DNA of 63,887 nucleotides, the filler included, from Octopus bimaculoides (Eukaryota): NCBI RefSeq assembly GCF_001194135.2. It is 5 parts of 4 records of this genome, joined end to end, with 100 filler letters (N's around TTAATTAATTAA, not from the genome) between each part and the next. Parts side by side here need not be neighbours in the genome. Positions count along the whole stretch, not along the records: positions 31,126 to 45,867 come from NC_068981.1; positions 45,968 to 61,015 come from NC_068991.1; 3 more parts are not named here. One strand, written 5' to 3'. Positions 38,525 through 51,938 of this stretch are shown one piece after another. The notes under the pieces are model-generated. The model did not search any database and had not been told where the DNA came from. It saw nothing but the letters and a program-made list of their open reading frames with translations. The translations under genes were made by a program, and so were the position numbers. Positions within the stretch are counted from its first letter, which is position 1. The number at the start of each line of letters is the position of its first letter.

Positions 38525-38555
<31 letters not shown>
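37540..38555 (-). mobile_element. R4/Dong-like LINE 3' end (zinc knuckle, RLE C-terminus, 3' UTR) within (TAA)n; middle lies in an N gap
   Basis: CRICGDGQETINHIISGCPVLAKKEYIHRHD is a CCHC knuckle. The C-terminus is IPGLTNICNIQKIALLGTAHILRKTLSIQ*. (AAT)n lies on both sides. Confidence 0.9.
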
Positions 38556-38559
<4 letters not shown>

Positions 38560-39066
38560 AACCACATGTGCGCGACATGGTGATCTAATTACAATGTAAA
38601 CAACGGAATGAGTAGCTCATCCCACTCTAACAGACCCTGAATAAGGTTTCTTTAAGGATGTTCAACAAATGTTTCTAGCGATAAATTATTCAAATCCCAA
38701 AGAATTCTTGTCGATATATAGCTATCGTGCTCCACCGCTACTTCTCTCACTGATGCATATATAGCTAGTTAATAAATGACATTTCCATCTGGTTAGGTTC
38801 AAAGAAGTGACAGGCAAATCTGTGGTATTGAGTAGAATATTTGCTGTTGCCCATCATTTATTCGAAGACAAATCATGTACGCGATAACACTTCCAATCTG
38901 TGAGGATCCGAAACCATGAGAGCCAGTGTCTGGTACTGCATCAGGGTAATTCTTATTATTATTAGTCTTATTAAAATTCCGCTGGGGTCGACTTGTCTTT
39001 TATACTCTCGGGATTGATAAAACAAGTGCCAATTGTGTTATGATGGCTAAACTTCTCATATGGACA

Positions 39067-39109
<43 letters not shown>

Positions 39110-39968
39110 TAAATGTATAATTATACACAGAATTCTTATTAAAGGGAGCGGATTACCCAATCCAACACGCTAAATATAGATACCAGATGGATCTAAAATT
39201 CGAAATTATTTGGTAAAAATGAAATTGAATATGCTTATTTCTTAGTATTTGAACTGCTAGAGTTATTTTCGGAGTTTATCCAGTACAACCCTTAAACAAG
39301 TAAATAGTATTTTCCTAAACAATAGAGCCACTCATTTGGGTAGGAACTTATTAACACATATAACAACACTAGCTCCCCTTAGGGTAATATTCTCTGGTTA
39401 CGCACAAAAGCCCTCTTCAAAGATATTTAGAATTGTTATTATCTCATATCTGATTAGTCCGTTATTACGTAACATGCTTCACGATTTTGGTATACACACT
39501 TGATTAATATTCCCTCCTATGTCCTATATACTCTGGGAACGCGTTAAAGCCCTTTTCAGAGGTACTTTATTTGAATTCCTTCTAACGGGAAATTAATTTC
39601 ATGTTATTACATAACTGACTTCACAGTTTGGCTATGCATAACTTATTTAGAATTCCGAAAAACAGGATCATATGTAAGACAGTTCATTATTCTCTGCAAA
39701 TGCACAAAAACCGTTTTAAGGGTGATATACTTTGTATTGTTGTTACTGGATTAGCGAAATAATTAGGAGAACGAAACAAAGTGATAAGGCCCGCTTTTCC
39801 GGCAATTACCGGGTACGTCAGCTAGAACATGAGAAGAATAAAATTATGATGGCACAAACATAGTTTAGTGAAAGCCCTGAAGATATATATCATCCTCATT
39901 TGTGAAGATATTGCACACTTGGTCAGATTCCTTGCAAAATTCAATCATTCAATATATATATATATACG

Positions 39969-40000
<32 letters not shown>

Positions 40001-41173
40001 CATACATACATACATGCATGCATACATACATACATACATTCATACATACATAAATACATACATATATGTGTGTTAGTGTGTGTGAAATCATTGATTAGAG
40101 AAGAAACATCATATCCGAGCGAACGACCTTATATAACCGCAAGTTTCTATCCATTTCATCATATACAAATAATACCATGGCATTCAGACTTATAAAAGAA
40201 ATGCATATATAAACACCAATGGTAAAAAAATATATATGCACATATAAAAATGCAAAATATATAGAGAGATCTATCCGAAAAAAATGTACATGAAAATCAA
40301 CCAAATTTGGTGATAAAACAATTATTAAAACATATCTATCCTTTAAAATATTTACCCATCGATTAAAAATGTATCAAAATAATCAGTTCTTAAAATGAAG
40401 CATTCTATGCTAGGTCCGATATCCAAGAAGCGGAAGAGAATTCCAAAGAAGGGTAAGTCAAAACGCACGTGGATTAATAACTATTTTGATATATTTTTAA
40501 ATGGTGACTAAGTTTGTTTAATTGATTGATATAAACGACACAGAACGCATGTGTCACGTTGCCAACTGGAAACGGTGTTTCCTGGGGCTAAATAGCAGTA
40601 GAATTCTTACCTTTCCTTGGAGTGTCACATTAAGTTGGCAACAAATTACCAATTTAACGTGCTGTTACTGTATAAGACTCTCTGGGAGATTTAGAAATGC
40701 AATATTTCCAATTATGTTCTAATAATTATTATTAATTTTTCACTTTATTCGAGTTTTTTTCATATACATTTTCCCGACAGATCCTTCTATATATTTTTGT
40801 AATTTTATATGTGCACATATATTTTTTTTTACCTTCGGTGTTTATATATTTATTTTATACTTTGAATGTCATGGTATTATTTGTATATGATGAAATGTAT
40901 TGCAACATGGGGTTATATAAAGTTGTTGGTCCAAATCTGATGTTTGTTCTATAAGCAATGATTTTTGCATCTGTCTCAATTTTACTTGAGTACTTCTTTT
41001 TTGCAACCCTATACATCGTTTTTTGTTTCCATACAAAGAAACAAAATTATTTCGTATCACACACAGACACACACACACACAGACACCGACAGAAACACAT
41101 ACACACACACACACACATATAAAGAAAACAAAAAATGGAGATATATTGGTGAACATCAATTAACTTACATGAA

Positions 41174-41554
41174 TTATTTCCTCCGCCTTCGCTAACGCGG
41201 CGGTATTGTTTTAGGTCGTGTGTGTTTCTTTGTCCGAGGACAAGATATCTCAAGAAGTGCTGGATGGATTCGGATGACACTTTCAGGGATATTTGGCCAC
41301 GTGACTGGTACTAACTGATTAGATTTCGGGATCGATTCGCCACCGGACAAGGATTCTGGATTATTTTTCGTTTTTTTGTTGTTTTTTTTGCTTAATTTTG
41401 AGAGCGGTTGCGTTCATTTTTACAGTTTCGTTTGTGAAAGAAGTCGGACTTATTTCAGATATTCTCATTTTAATAATCATCTCTGGCTAATCGCTGAGAG
41501 GACGTTGTTGTTGCCCTGGCGGATTCATACTCTCTCTCTCTGAGTACTCTTGTT
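41174..41554 (+). mobile_element. Helentron-associated non-autonomous element (HINE/DINE-1-like)
   Basis: 5' ttatttcctccgcc with an adjacent stem (ccgcc..gcggcgg), an inverted ggcgga near the 3' end, then actctctctctctgagtactcttgtt and T-rich ends. No coding content. Confidence 0.6.
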
Positions 41555-44500
41555 ATTTATTAATTCAATACAAATAGACTGCATCCTATCTAACAACTGT
41601 TCTTCTTTCCAATATTATATGGTATTGCCATTGATATGCTAAAAATATTTATCATATTTGGTAATAAAACCGACCAGAAACATAGAGCTTCATGAGAATG
41701 AAGAATAAAGAAGAACTTAGAGACGAAAAAGGAAAAGTTTCTTCTCTACGCTCCTCTTCCTACGATTTAAACAGTCACATGAATACAAAGCATTATGTTT
41801 TCGTCTTCGCTTGCAAAACTAGAGAGTAGTGTTCTAATTAGCGTCGTAGGAACGAGAAATTATCTGAATATAATTTGCTTCGTTCGTTAAATTATCATTA
41901 TAATTAGTTGAAGCGATAAAATGCATTCAGGTATTTTTAGATTAAGTAAATTTTTGAGAGGAATAGAAATACATAATTAGCTACACATTTCTGTTGCACA
42001 TTCATCTTGCGATGTGTGACCACATTCCACATACAAAACTTAATACACGCATTTCAAAATGTTTTGAATGGCAAAGCACAGAAACCAGAGAGTCTAGATG
42101 AGCACGAATCGCATAGAGAAAATGTAGGATGGCATGTCTGTTGTTATGCTCAGATCTTCCATAAATATACTTGTTTTGAGTACATACTAAAGTATTCATT
42201 TCCTTAAAGTCAACTGCAGGTGTAAGACACAATTCCTTATTTTATCTTTAACAGTGGATTAAATAGAGAAAGAAATTTTCGTCAGATTTCTCTGTGATAT
42301 TCCATAAATTAATATTTTAATGTATAAAAATCAGTTCAAATTTGATAAGTTTAGATCATTTCCTTCGGGAAATACATAACAAACCCTTTCAATGTGTTAG
42401 CTATAATATACTGGCTTGCTTTAAATTTAAAAGAATATATTTATAATTTGCTTAATACTAAAATAAACTGCAGAGAGCTCTTAGCTTCAGTGCACTTCAC
42501 GTTTGACAAGTATTAAATAAGGGCGTGGAAAAGGCCAGAGGGGAGTACTCAAGTACATCTTCAAATATCAAGATATCTTTAAATCTACATTAAATGTTAA
42601 ATGCTTTCCAATTACCACGATATTCCTTTAGCGCTATAAGGCATTTATGAACGGATATATAAAGAGAAAATACAAGCACACACAACTGCATATTCATTTG
42701 ATCTTGCATGTGATATTTCTTGTATGTGCAGTCTGTATACAACACTGTCCGCATGATCATACATAATCATACATTCATACAAACAAGTAAACATAATTAC
42801 AGTCACTTACTATATGTATATAGGTAGACAGATTCACACACACACACATACATATATAGTGAAACAGAGTGTGTGAGAGAAAGAGTGTATGTCAGAGAGT
42901 GTGTATATGTGTGTGTGAGAGAGAGAGAGAGAGAGAGCTACATACATATAAATATGTGAGTGCAACTATGGATGGTAACTGCAAACATATTTATAAGAGT
43001 GCTTTTGCTTACACATATTCAATATAATCTGTATTGAAGGAGTTTCCTGAAGAGCTTTTAATGTGCAATCATTCGAAATATTTCCTTGAGATACATATAC
43101 AAGCTATAAGGACATTCAATTGCTCGCATAGCATATAATGTAATTTTGAAAGCTTAATTTCGACTTAGGAGACACACAAAATATTAACAAATCAATCCAT
43201 TGAAGCTCTAATGAATAGTATCAAATTCTTGCTAGATTTTCTAAGGCCCGCATTATCAAAAAAAAAAATTGTATGCAAAGCTAGAACCATAATTTAGATT
43301 TTATGCTTAATTACATACTAACATTTGTCAATTTGTCCTCACTAGTGGATGTTTTCTGAAGTGTTGCAGTTCTCATCCAGTTGCCCAAGTAAGCCGAATG
43401 TTCATTCATTCTACCTTATTCAATGAAAATATAATTTATTTGTTTTGCGGATTTATCTATTTTATTATGATTACTCAGGTTCTCGATGGATCGAATGTTT
43501 ATAGTTCTTACCATTTTGCTAATTCGCACCCAGAAGACAATATTTGATTAAGGAATATTACTTTCGGCCGATTCACTGTTGAGAAGTACTATATGAGAAG
43601 TGCTAACGATTGGTGTCATCATTCGTTGTACCAAATGATTGCAACAATTCGGTTCTGAAAATGCCTGTTCTGGGATATATTACGTTACAGTTTGACGTCG
43701 TTTCCATGGAAACTGTCCATATTAAGGTAGATTTCATTGCGAGTTCTCATCTAATCGGTATTTAATTTGTTGATATATATCGAATGCAAAATGAAAGGCA
43801 ATATGTTTATAATTATACTGTACATATATCAGCCCATATAAATTGATCATTTGTGTAATCCGAACGGACATCCTGAAAAAGATTTTTTTTTCCGTTTCTC
43901 ATAACATGTATGAGCTCCAAGTAAGTGCTATTGTCCACCGTACTCTATGAAGTCATATAAGAATATGCGGTCATCTAGAAATAAGCTACATTTTTTGCTA
44001 GCATTGTATGAGAATTTTGTCTAACAAGTAACGTTTCATCTTCGAATGTAAGTTGTTGACATCGCATAACATTCATCTGCATTTCACCAACATGCTGGAT
44101 CTTCGCCAATGAAGTTATGTAAATTCATGCGCGGATATATTTCTGGTTGTGAAAATTATTGAACCTGATTTAAAATGAAAGCAAAATAATCAGGATATCA
44201 ACACGGAAGCTGATCGATATGTACAACTATATATTCTAAATGTACACACATGACACACAATACTATACATGAGGGAAAGGAATGGTTACATGTACTACAT
44301 GTTATCCGCTATTTGTTCCCCTTCCGTAAACGTTTCATTTTCTTATATTTTCAACATCATTAGTATGATTTTTTGTACATTATTTACATACACATTTTCT
44401 TATAATGCATTGTTTCGCTGAGTATGTGTTACGAGCCTCGCTGTTTCCCTACCTGTATAATCCCTTTTTTTAAAGCAAATGTTAATAAATAATGGATATG

Positions 44501-45751
44501 AACAACTTCCATCAACTTTAATTTGTATGTGGTATTTTCTCGCAATAAGGTGATGTTTTGCAATCTCAGATACTTCAAATGCTATATGTAACGAATACGC
44601 ATGTAAGGTATATTGTGTAATATTTATAGTGTATCAATAAATCAAATTTCGTACGCTTGTTATTCATGTCCACAACGTTTTCATATTTACACATATTCTG
44701 CTCATTTTGTAATAAAGTTATTAAATCTATATATTCAGATATGCAATTTGTTAAATTGCTACATGCAGAATTTCCAATATTCAATTTATTGGCCATGTTT
44801 TTCATTTTGACTTCTTCATTCATTCGTGCTCAATATTTACGTCAGCCTTTCGTGATTACTTTTCCCTTAAAAAAAAATGTATTTTTCATTTTAGATATGT
44901 AGCCTGGATGTTGATCGTGATATAAATATATCATGTAATCTCTCTTTATTTGTATTTCAGGACCATTGAATTAGGTAGACTGTATGCAAAAGATTTTAGT
45001 TATACGTTAAAATTTGCCACTTGTCTGATTAATTTAGTGGTTTAATTTTGTCTGTTTTCTTGCTGTTTTGATTTAGCATGTTACATAAAACCATGAAACA
45101 TACTACACACGTAGATACAATCAGTAATTTTCTTTATGCCATTACCCGAATACCAATCCGAATAAGAAAAAAAAAATCAATTTTGGAGAATTTTGTAGAA
45201 AATCCAACCTACATTTCATGAGTAATTGCATTGGAATGATTGTATAATTTAATTTCTGTACAACATTGCATACGTATGGCAATGGTCCTCCTGAACTGTT
45301 TGTTAGTCACAAACATCACTGTCGTGATCATATATGTCAACGTCGCAAATAAAATATTAAGGTGCTTTTCAATAACATGGGCACATGAACTGCGTGTCCA
45401 CGTTGAAATACTGAACTCGAGGAACAAAACACACTCTTCATCAAAATTTCAGCATCTTTTCACTCTCTATTTTAAAATAAAATATGCAATAGTTTATTCT
45501 GTTCTCAATAAAGACAATATCATTCTTGACATTTTTTCATGGCATCTTTTGTATTCGCGTTGTGCCAATTTCGGGCATTCGCTATGTGCCAAACCGTTTC
45601 ACCCTATCTTCGCGAAAACACCATTCTCAGTTGCCCTTCCATTTCGTTTTTGTTTATCTCGTTGAACTCTTGTACAGCAAGGTATTTCTATCCTTTTGTT
45701 TGAATTTGCTTAATCAAGTCTCTATTCGGTAATTCTATCCCTTGTAGGAAC

Positions 45752-45867
45752 TGTATTATTATTATTATTGTTCAGTAGTTTTATTTTTATAACGTGCTTT
45801 CACTTGACTACCGAGCGCAGCTCTGTGCGCCTTGGGTATGTGCTGTGGTTTTCTGTGATGCTATTAT
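45752..45867 (-). mobile_element. Second copy of the Dong-like LINE 3' UTR with (AAT)n tail
   Basis: Near-identical to 37600-37715 (ttgttcagtagttttatttttataacgtgctttcactt.actaccgagcgcagc). Runs into a gap. Confidence 0.85.
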
Positions 45868-46162
45868 NNNNNNNNNNNNNNNNNNNNNNNNNNNNNNNNN
45901 NNNNNNNNNNNTTAATTAATTAANNNNNNNNNNNNNNNNNNNNNNNNNNNNNNNNNNNNNNNNNNNNAGTGACTGGTCCATTCGTGTTTTGTTCCGATGG
46001 TAACCATTCCTGAAGAAGTGCCAAATGTCAAAATCCAATGGACCAGTCACTGGATAAGTTTGGCACAGAAATGTTAACATAGAGTGGTGAATAAATCGAT
46101 ATATCGAGTTTGAAGTCTCTGTCTCTTTTGAATATGAAAATTTAAAAGTTGAAAACCTTATA

Positions 46163-46198
<36 letters not shown>

Positions 46199-46599
46199 TA
46201 TATATTTATCGGATGAATGTATGTTCGTCCTTTAATAGGAATTTTTTCCTTAGATTTCTAATGTCTTTTCTTCATACTTCACTTTCGATTAAAAAAAAAA
46301 AGTCGTATAGGTATGAAAGCTTGTATAGAAATAATCAGTATATTGTCGTTTAACAACTTATTAAACAAAGTTCAACAAATTCATTCATATTAATGAAATG
46401 AAGGAGATTGGATGTTAAAATAGATTTTATGGTAAAATGGTGACATCTATACAATGTTGCCATGTATGAGGATTACCTAAAGCAGGCAACCCTGGACAGA
46501 CCTTATTAAAGCTGTATTTCCCATTGATAACAGTTAAGGAACTAGAAACACCAATGTCTGAGAATCCTGATACATGGTGATAGTGGATCCATCAGATTT

Positions 46600-47890
46600 C
46601 TCACAATCATCACTATCTGTTTCTTAAGTTTCTCACACATATCACAAGATTCATCACAAATCGTAAGGATTCCAATCTGGTTCTAGTGAATCGACTTCGA
46701 CTTCGTCGTCGCTATTGTACAGAATATCATCTTCGGTACCATCCATGGCATTAGAGATACCGCATTTTTTAAATGATTTTATCACATTTTCTATTTTAAC
46801 TTTCTCCCATGCCTTTATAACAAAATCACAGAGAACATCACGTGAGGCAGCACGCATAGCTCCACCTTTTTTCTCTCCATTTATTACCCAGTCATTCCAT
46901 TGCTCTCTCACATCATCTTGGAGTAGCTTGTTTAAACTGACATCAGTGGTTGCAGTATAGAAGTCAAACCACTAGGAATAACAGCAATATCAGTATTGGT
47001 TTTGGATAACCAGGTTTTAGTATTTGCCGTTACGTAGCTACGAAACATATCCCAAACCAATAAACTGCGTTCGTTTTGTATGCTACCTGGCTGCCTGTTC
47101 CAAATATTCTCAATCTATAATTTCTCGTTCATCCACCCTTCCTGTTGAAAATGAGCAAAAACGTCAGGAAGAAAATCTATGTTGGGCTTTGTTTTACGTT
47201 TAAAAATAACAATGGCTTTTAATTTTGTACCGTCAGCCATGCAGGATAACTTCATTTCCAGCCATGCAGGATAATATCACCGTAAACCTCGTTTTCTCAT
47301 ATCCTGTGCTTCTAACGTGCACTGTTTTTACTCCTTTCAAATCTACCGTTTTGTTACCCAGCATATCAAAGTTTAATGGAGTTTCATCCATATTTCCAAT
47401 ATGAGACAATGGTAACCGATGCTTTTTTTTTTCTCAGCTGGATGATGAACTGGTGAAAACTGGTTACTTTGTGATCGAGATCTCTCGGGAATTTTTGGGC
47501 GATTTTTGTTTTCTCCACATTTTTTCTATTCATAAAACGATGGCACCAGCCTACTGTTGCTTTAAAATCTTTAATTTTCTTTATATGATTTAGCCCATTT
47601 TAGGGTATAAGATCTTATTTTATTTCGTGTTACATTGTAACCATCTTGTCTCTGATGGAGTACCCATCCTGCTACATCATATTTCAACTTCGGTCAACGA
47701 GTGCTCCCTCTTCTCATTGCACATTTTTGTTTCGGCATTTGTCTTAACGTTTCCTCATTTTTTCTTCACACTCGTACCATCTTCTTAGTAACATCGAATG
47801 TTCTAACAGCAGCACAATTGTTCAAAATCTTGGCTATTTCTATAACTTTCAATTTCAAACTAGCTTCCTGTTTTCTTCTTTTTGCTGGTG
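46600..47890 (-). mobile_element. pogo/Tigger-family transposase pseudogene (Brinker-type DBD, CENP-B HTH, DDE_1; POGK/Passer-like)
   Basis: RRKQEASLKLKVIE, FKATVGWCHRF, GNMDETPLNFDML, TGYEKTRFTV, EGWMDE, VWDMFR, PLMSV/LNK-type motif and IKSFKKCGISNAMDGTEDD. There are multiple frameshifts and no TIRs were recognised. Confidence 0.88.
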
Positions 47891-48369
47891 GTTGCATATT
47901 GGTATTGATATTAGCGGTTGTTATGATAGCGATAAAATTTTGATAAAGAAGAAGAACCAGGTTCCCTTTTAGACGACGTGTGTATGAAAAAAACATAATA
48001 TAGAAACGGATTTGTTATTTCGTTTATTGTAATTTCTATAGTAAGTCAAAAGAAAATTGTAATAACATCATCTTTACATGACTAATATTTCTAAAGATAC
48101 TTGTTGTTGCAAAAGCTAGCCTGTACACAGATTTTTTAAATTTCAGCAGTAGTCTTATACTACAGATATGAGATAAATTCATGAATTTTTTTTACAAATT
48201 TTGACCTAATTTGTATGTATACAGACACACACACACATATACGTGTGTGTGTTTGTGTGTGTGTATGCGTATGTGTATGTGTATGTGTGTGTATCTGTGT
48301 GTGTGTGTTTTATATTTATAAAACCACTAGAATTGCCGAGCCAAACGCCTAACCTCGGCTTGTCTTTGG

Positions 48370-48760
48370 AGCACTCACCATTACTAGGAAGACTCTTTGC
48401 AATGCAGTGCAAGTTGTACAAGACTTGAATTCTGCAAAGACCTTTCTAACATCTTTGTTAACACTGTGTTATCTTCGTTGCTATGTCTTACTGTCTTTTT
48501 ATGTTCTTTTGTAATTTCGTATGTCGTTTTATCTCTTTGTATGACAAGAACTCTGACGATGGGAAGGTGGCATCGGGTACATACCTGGTGGGTTGGAGGT
48601 ATCTTGTCACTAACCTGCACACGAGCAGCCTTTTGATAGGGGTAAAATCGCTTCCTCATCAACGCAGGGCAATGATAGGATTCGGTTTCTCCAGTAAAAC
48701 TGCCTACCTCATAAAATCTTGTCAGTTTAGCGCTGCTGGCGGATGTTCATATAGCGCTCG
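48370..48760 (-). mobile_element. Probable GIY-YIG (Penelope) C-terminal remnant
   Basis: FTGETES..MRKRF..THQ..CHLPIVRVLVIQ resembles G.T..RF..H..H....V.VI. Degenerate. Confidence 0.4.
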
Positions 48761-48899
48761 AAACAATAGAAATAGAATAATTAATACTAATGCTAGCCAA
48801 TTAAAGGGACTTAATATTTCTTGTTCGAAAGTTCACACGTTAGCTGATAATGCAGGAAATTGTCCTGAGTATAACATAGCCATGCTTACTAACGAAATA

Positions 48900-51530
48900 T
48901 TCATATTTCTGTAGATATTGCAGCACTCTCAGAGACCCGCTTATTGGGTGATGGCCAGGTTACAGAACTAGGTATGCAATAGTCTAGAAAGGAAACGAAG
49001 GACAACGTACGGAAGCAGGTGTAGGATTTGCCATTAAATATGAGATAGTATCAAAGTTGAGCGATTGCCAATGGGTATTAATGACAGAATCATGGCTCTA
49101 CGCATGAAATTAAGAGATGATCGCTAGTCGACAATTGTAAGTACATATGAACCGACTCAAGATAGCAGTGAGGAAGCGAAACTCGAATTCTATGAAGCTT
49201 TAAAAGCATGTTTGTGTGGTATAGCCAATTCTGATAAAATTATTTTACTTGGATTAGAACACACGGAGTCGTATGGGGTTGGAAAAATGAACGATAATAG
49301 TTTGTTACTCCTTCAACTTTGCACAAAGATGAACTTATTGATATCAAATACCCAGTTTGGACATAAAGAATGTCACATTACAACATGGATGCATCCTCGA
49401 TCCAAACAACGGCATTTAATTGATTTTGTAATCGTTAGACAGAGATATAAAAGATAACATCATTTCCAATCTTCAGCAAATGCCAATCATTCCTGAACTA
49501 GATGATATTCCTTCAATCGAAGAGATTCAAATCTCGATTAGTGAACAGGAAAAGCATCAGGAATAAATGAAATTGCAGCAGAAATTTTCCAGTTTGGAGG
49601 TTACCATATGGCAAAATTAATGCGTGAAATAATTTGTGATGTGTGGAAGATGTGAACAGTACCAAAAGCTTGGTGAGATGGTGTTATAATCCCCATTTAT
49701 AAGTGAAAAGTAGCACTAGATCAATGTGAACATTAAAGAGAAATCATACTCTTTTCTTCTGCTGGCAAAGTACTTGCTAGGTTTCTCTTTGCGCGATTAA
49801 ACGATAATTTCACTTAGTGTTCTCCTAGAATCTCAATGTAGTTTAAGACCAAATAGGGACATCATGAATATGATCTTTTCCTCACGTCAGGCGGAAGAAA
49901 AATATTGAGAAGAAAATCTAGATTTAGTCCAGGTCTTTGTTGATTTGACAAAGCCTTTGACATAATGAATAGGCAGGCATTATAGGAGGTTTTGCTTAAG
50001 TTTGGTTGCCCATTACATTTCGTTAACGTGATAACATGGATGCATTTGTTAACGTTCGAAGAATTCTTTCAGAATCTTTTAAAATTAGAAATGGAGTGAA
50101 GCAGGGAGATATTCTTGGCCCGACGTTATTTTCTCTATACGTTTCAGTTGCATATATTCGTTATAGAAGCCCCAGTGAAATATCTAATTTGGGAAGGTTG
50201 TCAGCAAAGACAAAGACATTTATTTTTCCAATAAGAAATTTATTGTATGCACATGACTGTGACTTGGTAACTCATTCAATGAGACACATGCAACATCTAA
50301 TGTTTAAACTTGATGAATCATGTATGGCTTCCAACTCATAAACCTGAGATCTTCCTTCAAAACGCAAAACTGAATGTCGTAGGTAAATTTACGTATCTTG
50401 GAAGTGTGCTGAATCGGGTTTGTTCTTTAGAGGATGAAATAGCGAATAGCCTTCAAAAAATATCTCAGGCTTTCAAGAATCTTGAAGGCGAGTTTGGTCT
50501 AATAAGGATGTTACCAGAAACACAATGGTCGCAGTGTACAGGGGCTACTCTTTTACTCTTTTATTTGTTTCAGTAATTTGACTGCGGCCATGCTGGAACA
50601 CTACCTTTCGTCGAGCAAATCGACCCCAGGAATTATTCTTTATAAACCTAGTACTTATTCTATCGGTCTCTTTTGCCGAACCGCTAAGTTACGGGGACGT
50701 AAACACACCAGCATCGGTTGTCAAGCGATTTTGGGGGGGACAAACACAGACATACAAACACACACATACATACATACATATATATACATATATATACGAC
50801 GGGCTTCCATTTTTCCGTCTTCCAAATCCACTCACAAGGCTTTGGTCCACCCGAGGCTATAGTAGAAGACACTTGCTCAAGGTGCCACGTAGTGGGAATG
50901 AACCCGGAACCATGTGGCTGGTAAGTAAGCTACTTACCACACAGCCACTCCTTCCTTCTTTTCTCATATAAGACATGGATAGAATATACGAAGCATCTCA
51001 AATTATTAGAGCGATTTCATCAACGATGTTTTCGCTGTATACTGAACATCAAATGGTTGCACAAAGATTCTGAAGTACTTGAGTTTGCTGGTGTAGATGG
51101 CATTGAAACTGAAATTCATTGACACAGACTTCGCTGGATTGGTAATCTGATAAGGGAATCTGGTTAACGCATCCCCAAACAACTGTTATACGGTCAGATA
51201 AAAGGAGCAAAGATGTCTCAGTGTAAACCAAAAACGCGTTTCAGAGATTTAATAAGTAGCTCGCTATAGACTTTCAGTACGATGCACGCAAACTGGAAGA
51301 GTGATGCAATGAGCTGACCAAAATGGAGGAGAAAAATCCGAGAAGGTGCTGTCTTGTTTGAGGTTAATATGCAGAAACATGAACTGATAAAAAAGAGACA
51401 AGAAAGAGCTTGCTTGTAGCCAATGGTCCTTCTCTCCAAATTTGTGATACCTACAACCATATTTGTCTCTTCTAAGCTGGACTAGTTAGTCATAAGCAGA
51501 AGAACGTACATAGACCCTCTACTGACTTTT
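48900..51530 (+). mobile_element. RTE/BovB-like LINE (APE + RT + C-terminal C2H2), heavily decayed and interrupted by a SINE
   Basis: AGVGFAIK, GINDRIMALR, AKLEFYEAL, QVFVDL, GVKQGDILGPTLFSLY, LLYAHDCDL, HRLRWIG..RIPKQLLYG and SSKAGLVSH. Confidence 0.88.
50548..50952 (-). mobile_element. Full-length tRNA-derived CORE-like SINE inserted into the RTE LINE
   Basis: Minus strand runs from aggagtggctgtgtggtaagtagcttacttaccagccacatggttccgggttc through to the tail cagcatggccgcagtcaaattactgaaac. The RTE ORF resumes on both sides. Confidence 0.92.
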
Positions 51531-51869
51531 CACAGCCCATAATCTGATGAATTATCTCGCTCTGTTTGCAATAAGGTCTGCAGAAGTAAAACAGGGTTGA
51601 CAAGGCACATGAAATGTTACACAACAATTTCCAACAATCTTTACAGCGAAATCAAGCATTTTCATGACGTCTGTGTGGAAAACTATGTAAATCTCTTACT
51701 GGACTCAAGAGTCATTTCCGGCCATACAACATGTAGACAACTTCTAATCATTTGGTAATTTTAAACTTTAAATGTTCAGCTTCCATATTTCCTGCGAGTT
51801 TGTGCGTTGTTGGTTTTTAACTAGTTTGATGGCTACGTGGGGACACACACAGGCATGCACGCAGGCACA

Positions 51870-51938
<69 letters not shown>

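Noticed and set aside
38895-38925. ctgtgaggatccgaaaccatg, a hammerhead-like word order
   Set aside because: The core lacks a base (CTG-TGA), and there is no NUH site or stem I.
39785-39826. Helitron-like 3' end (ccgg-caatta-ccgg..gctag)
   Set aside because: The hairpin is weak, CTAG is followed by A rather than T, and no 5' end could be assigned.
45240-45665. 141-aa ORF
   Set aside because: No motif that I recognise and no splice context. It is compatible with chance in AT-rich DNA.
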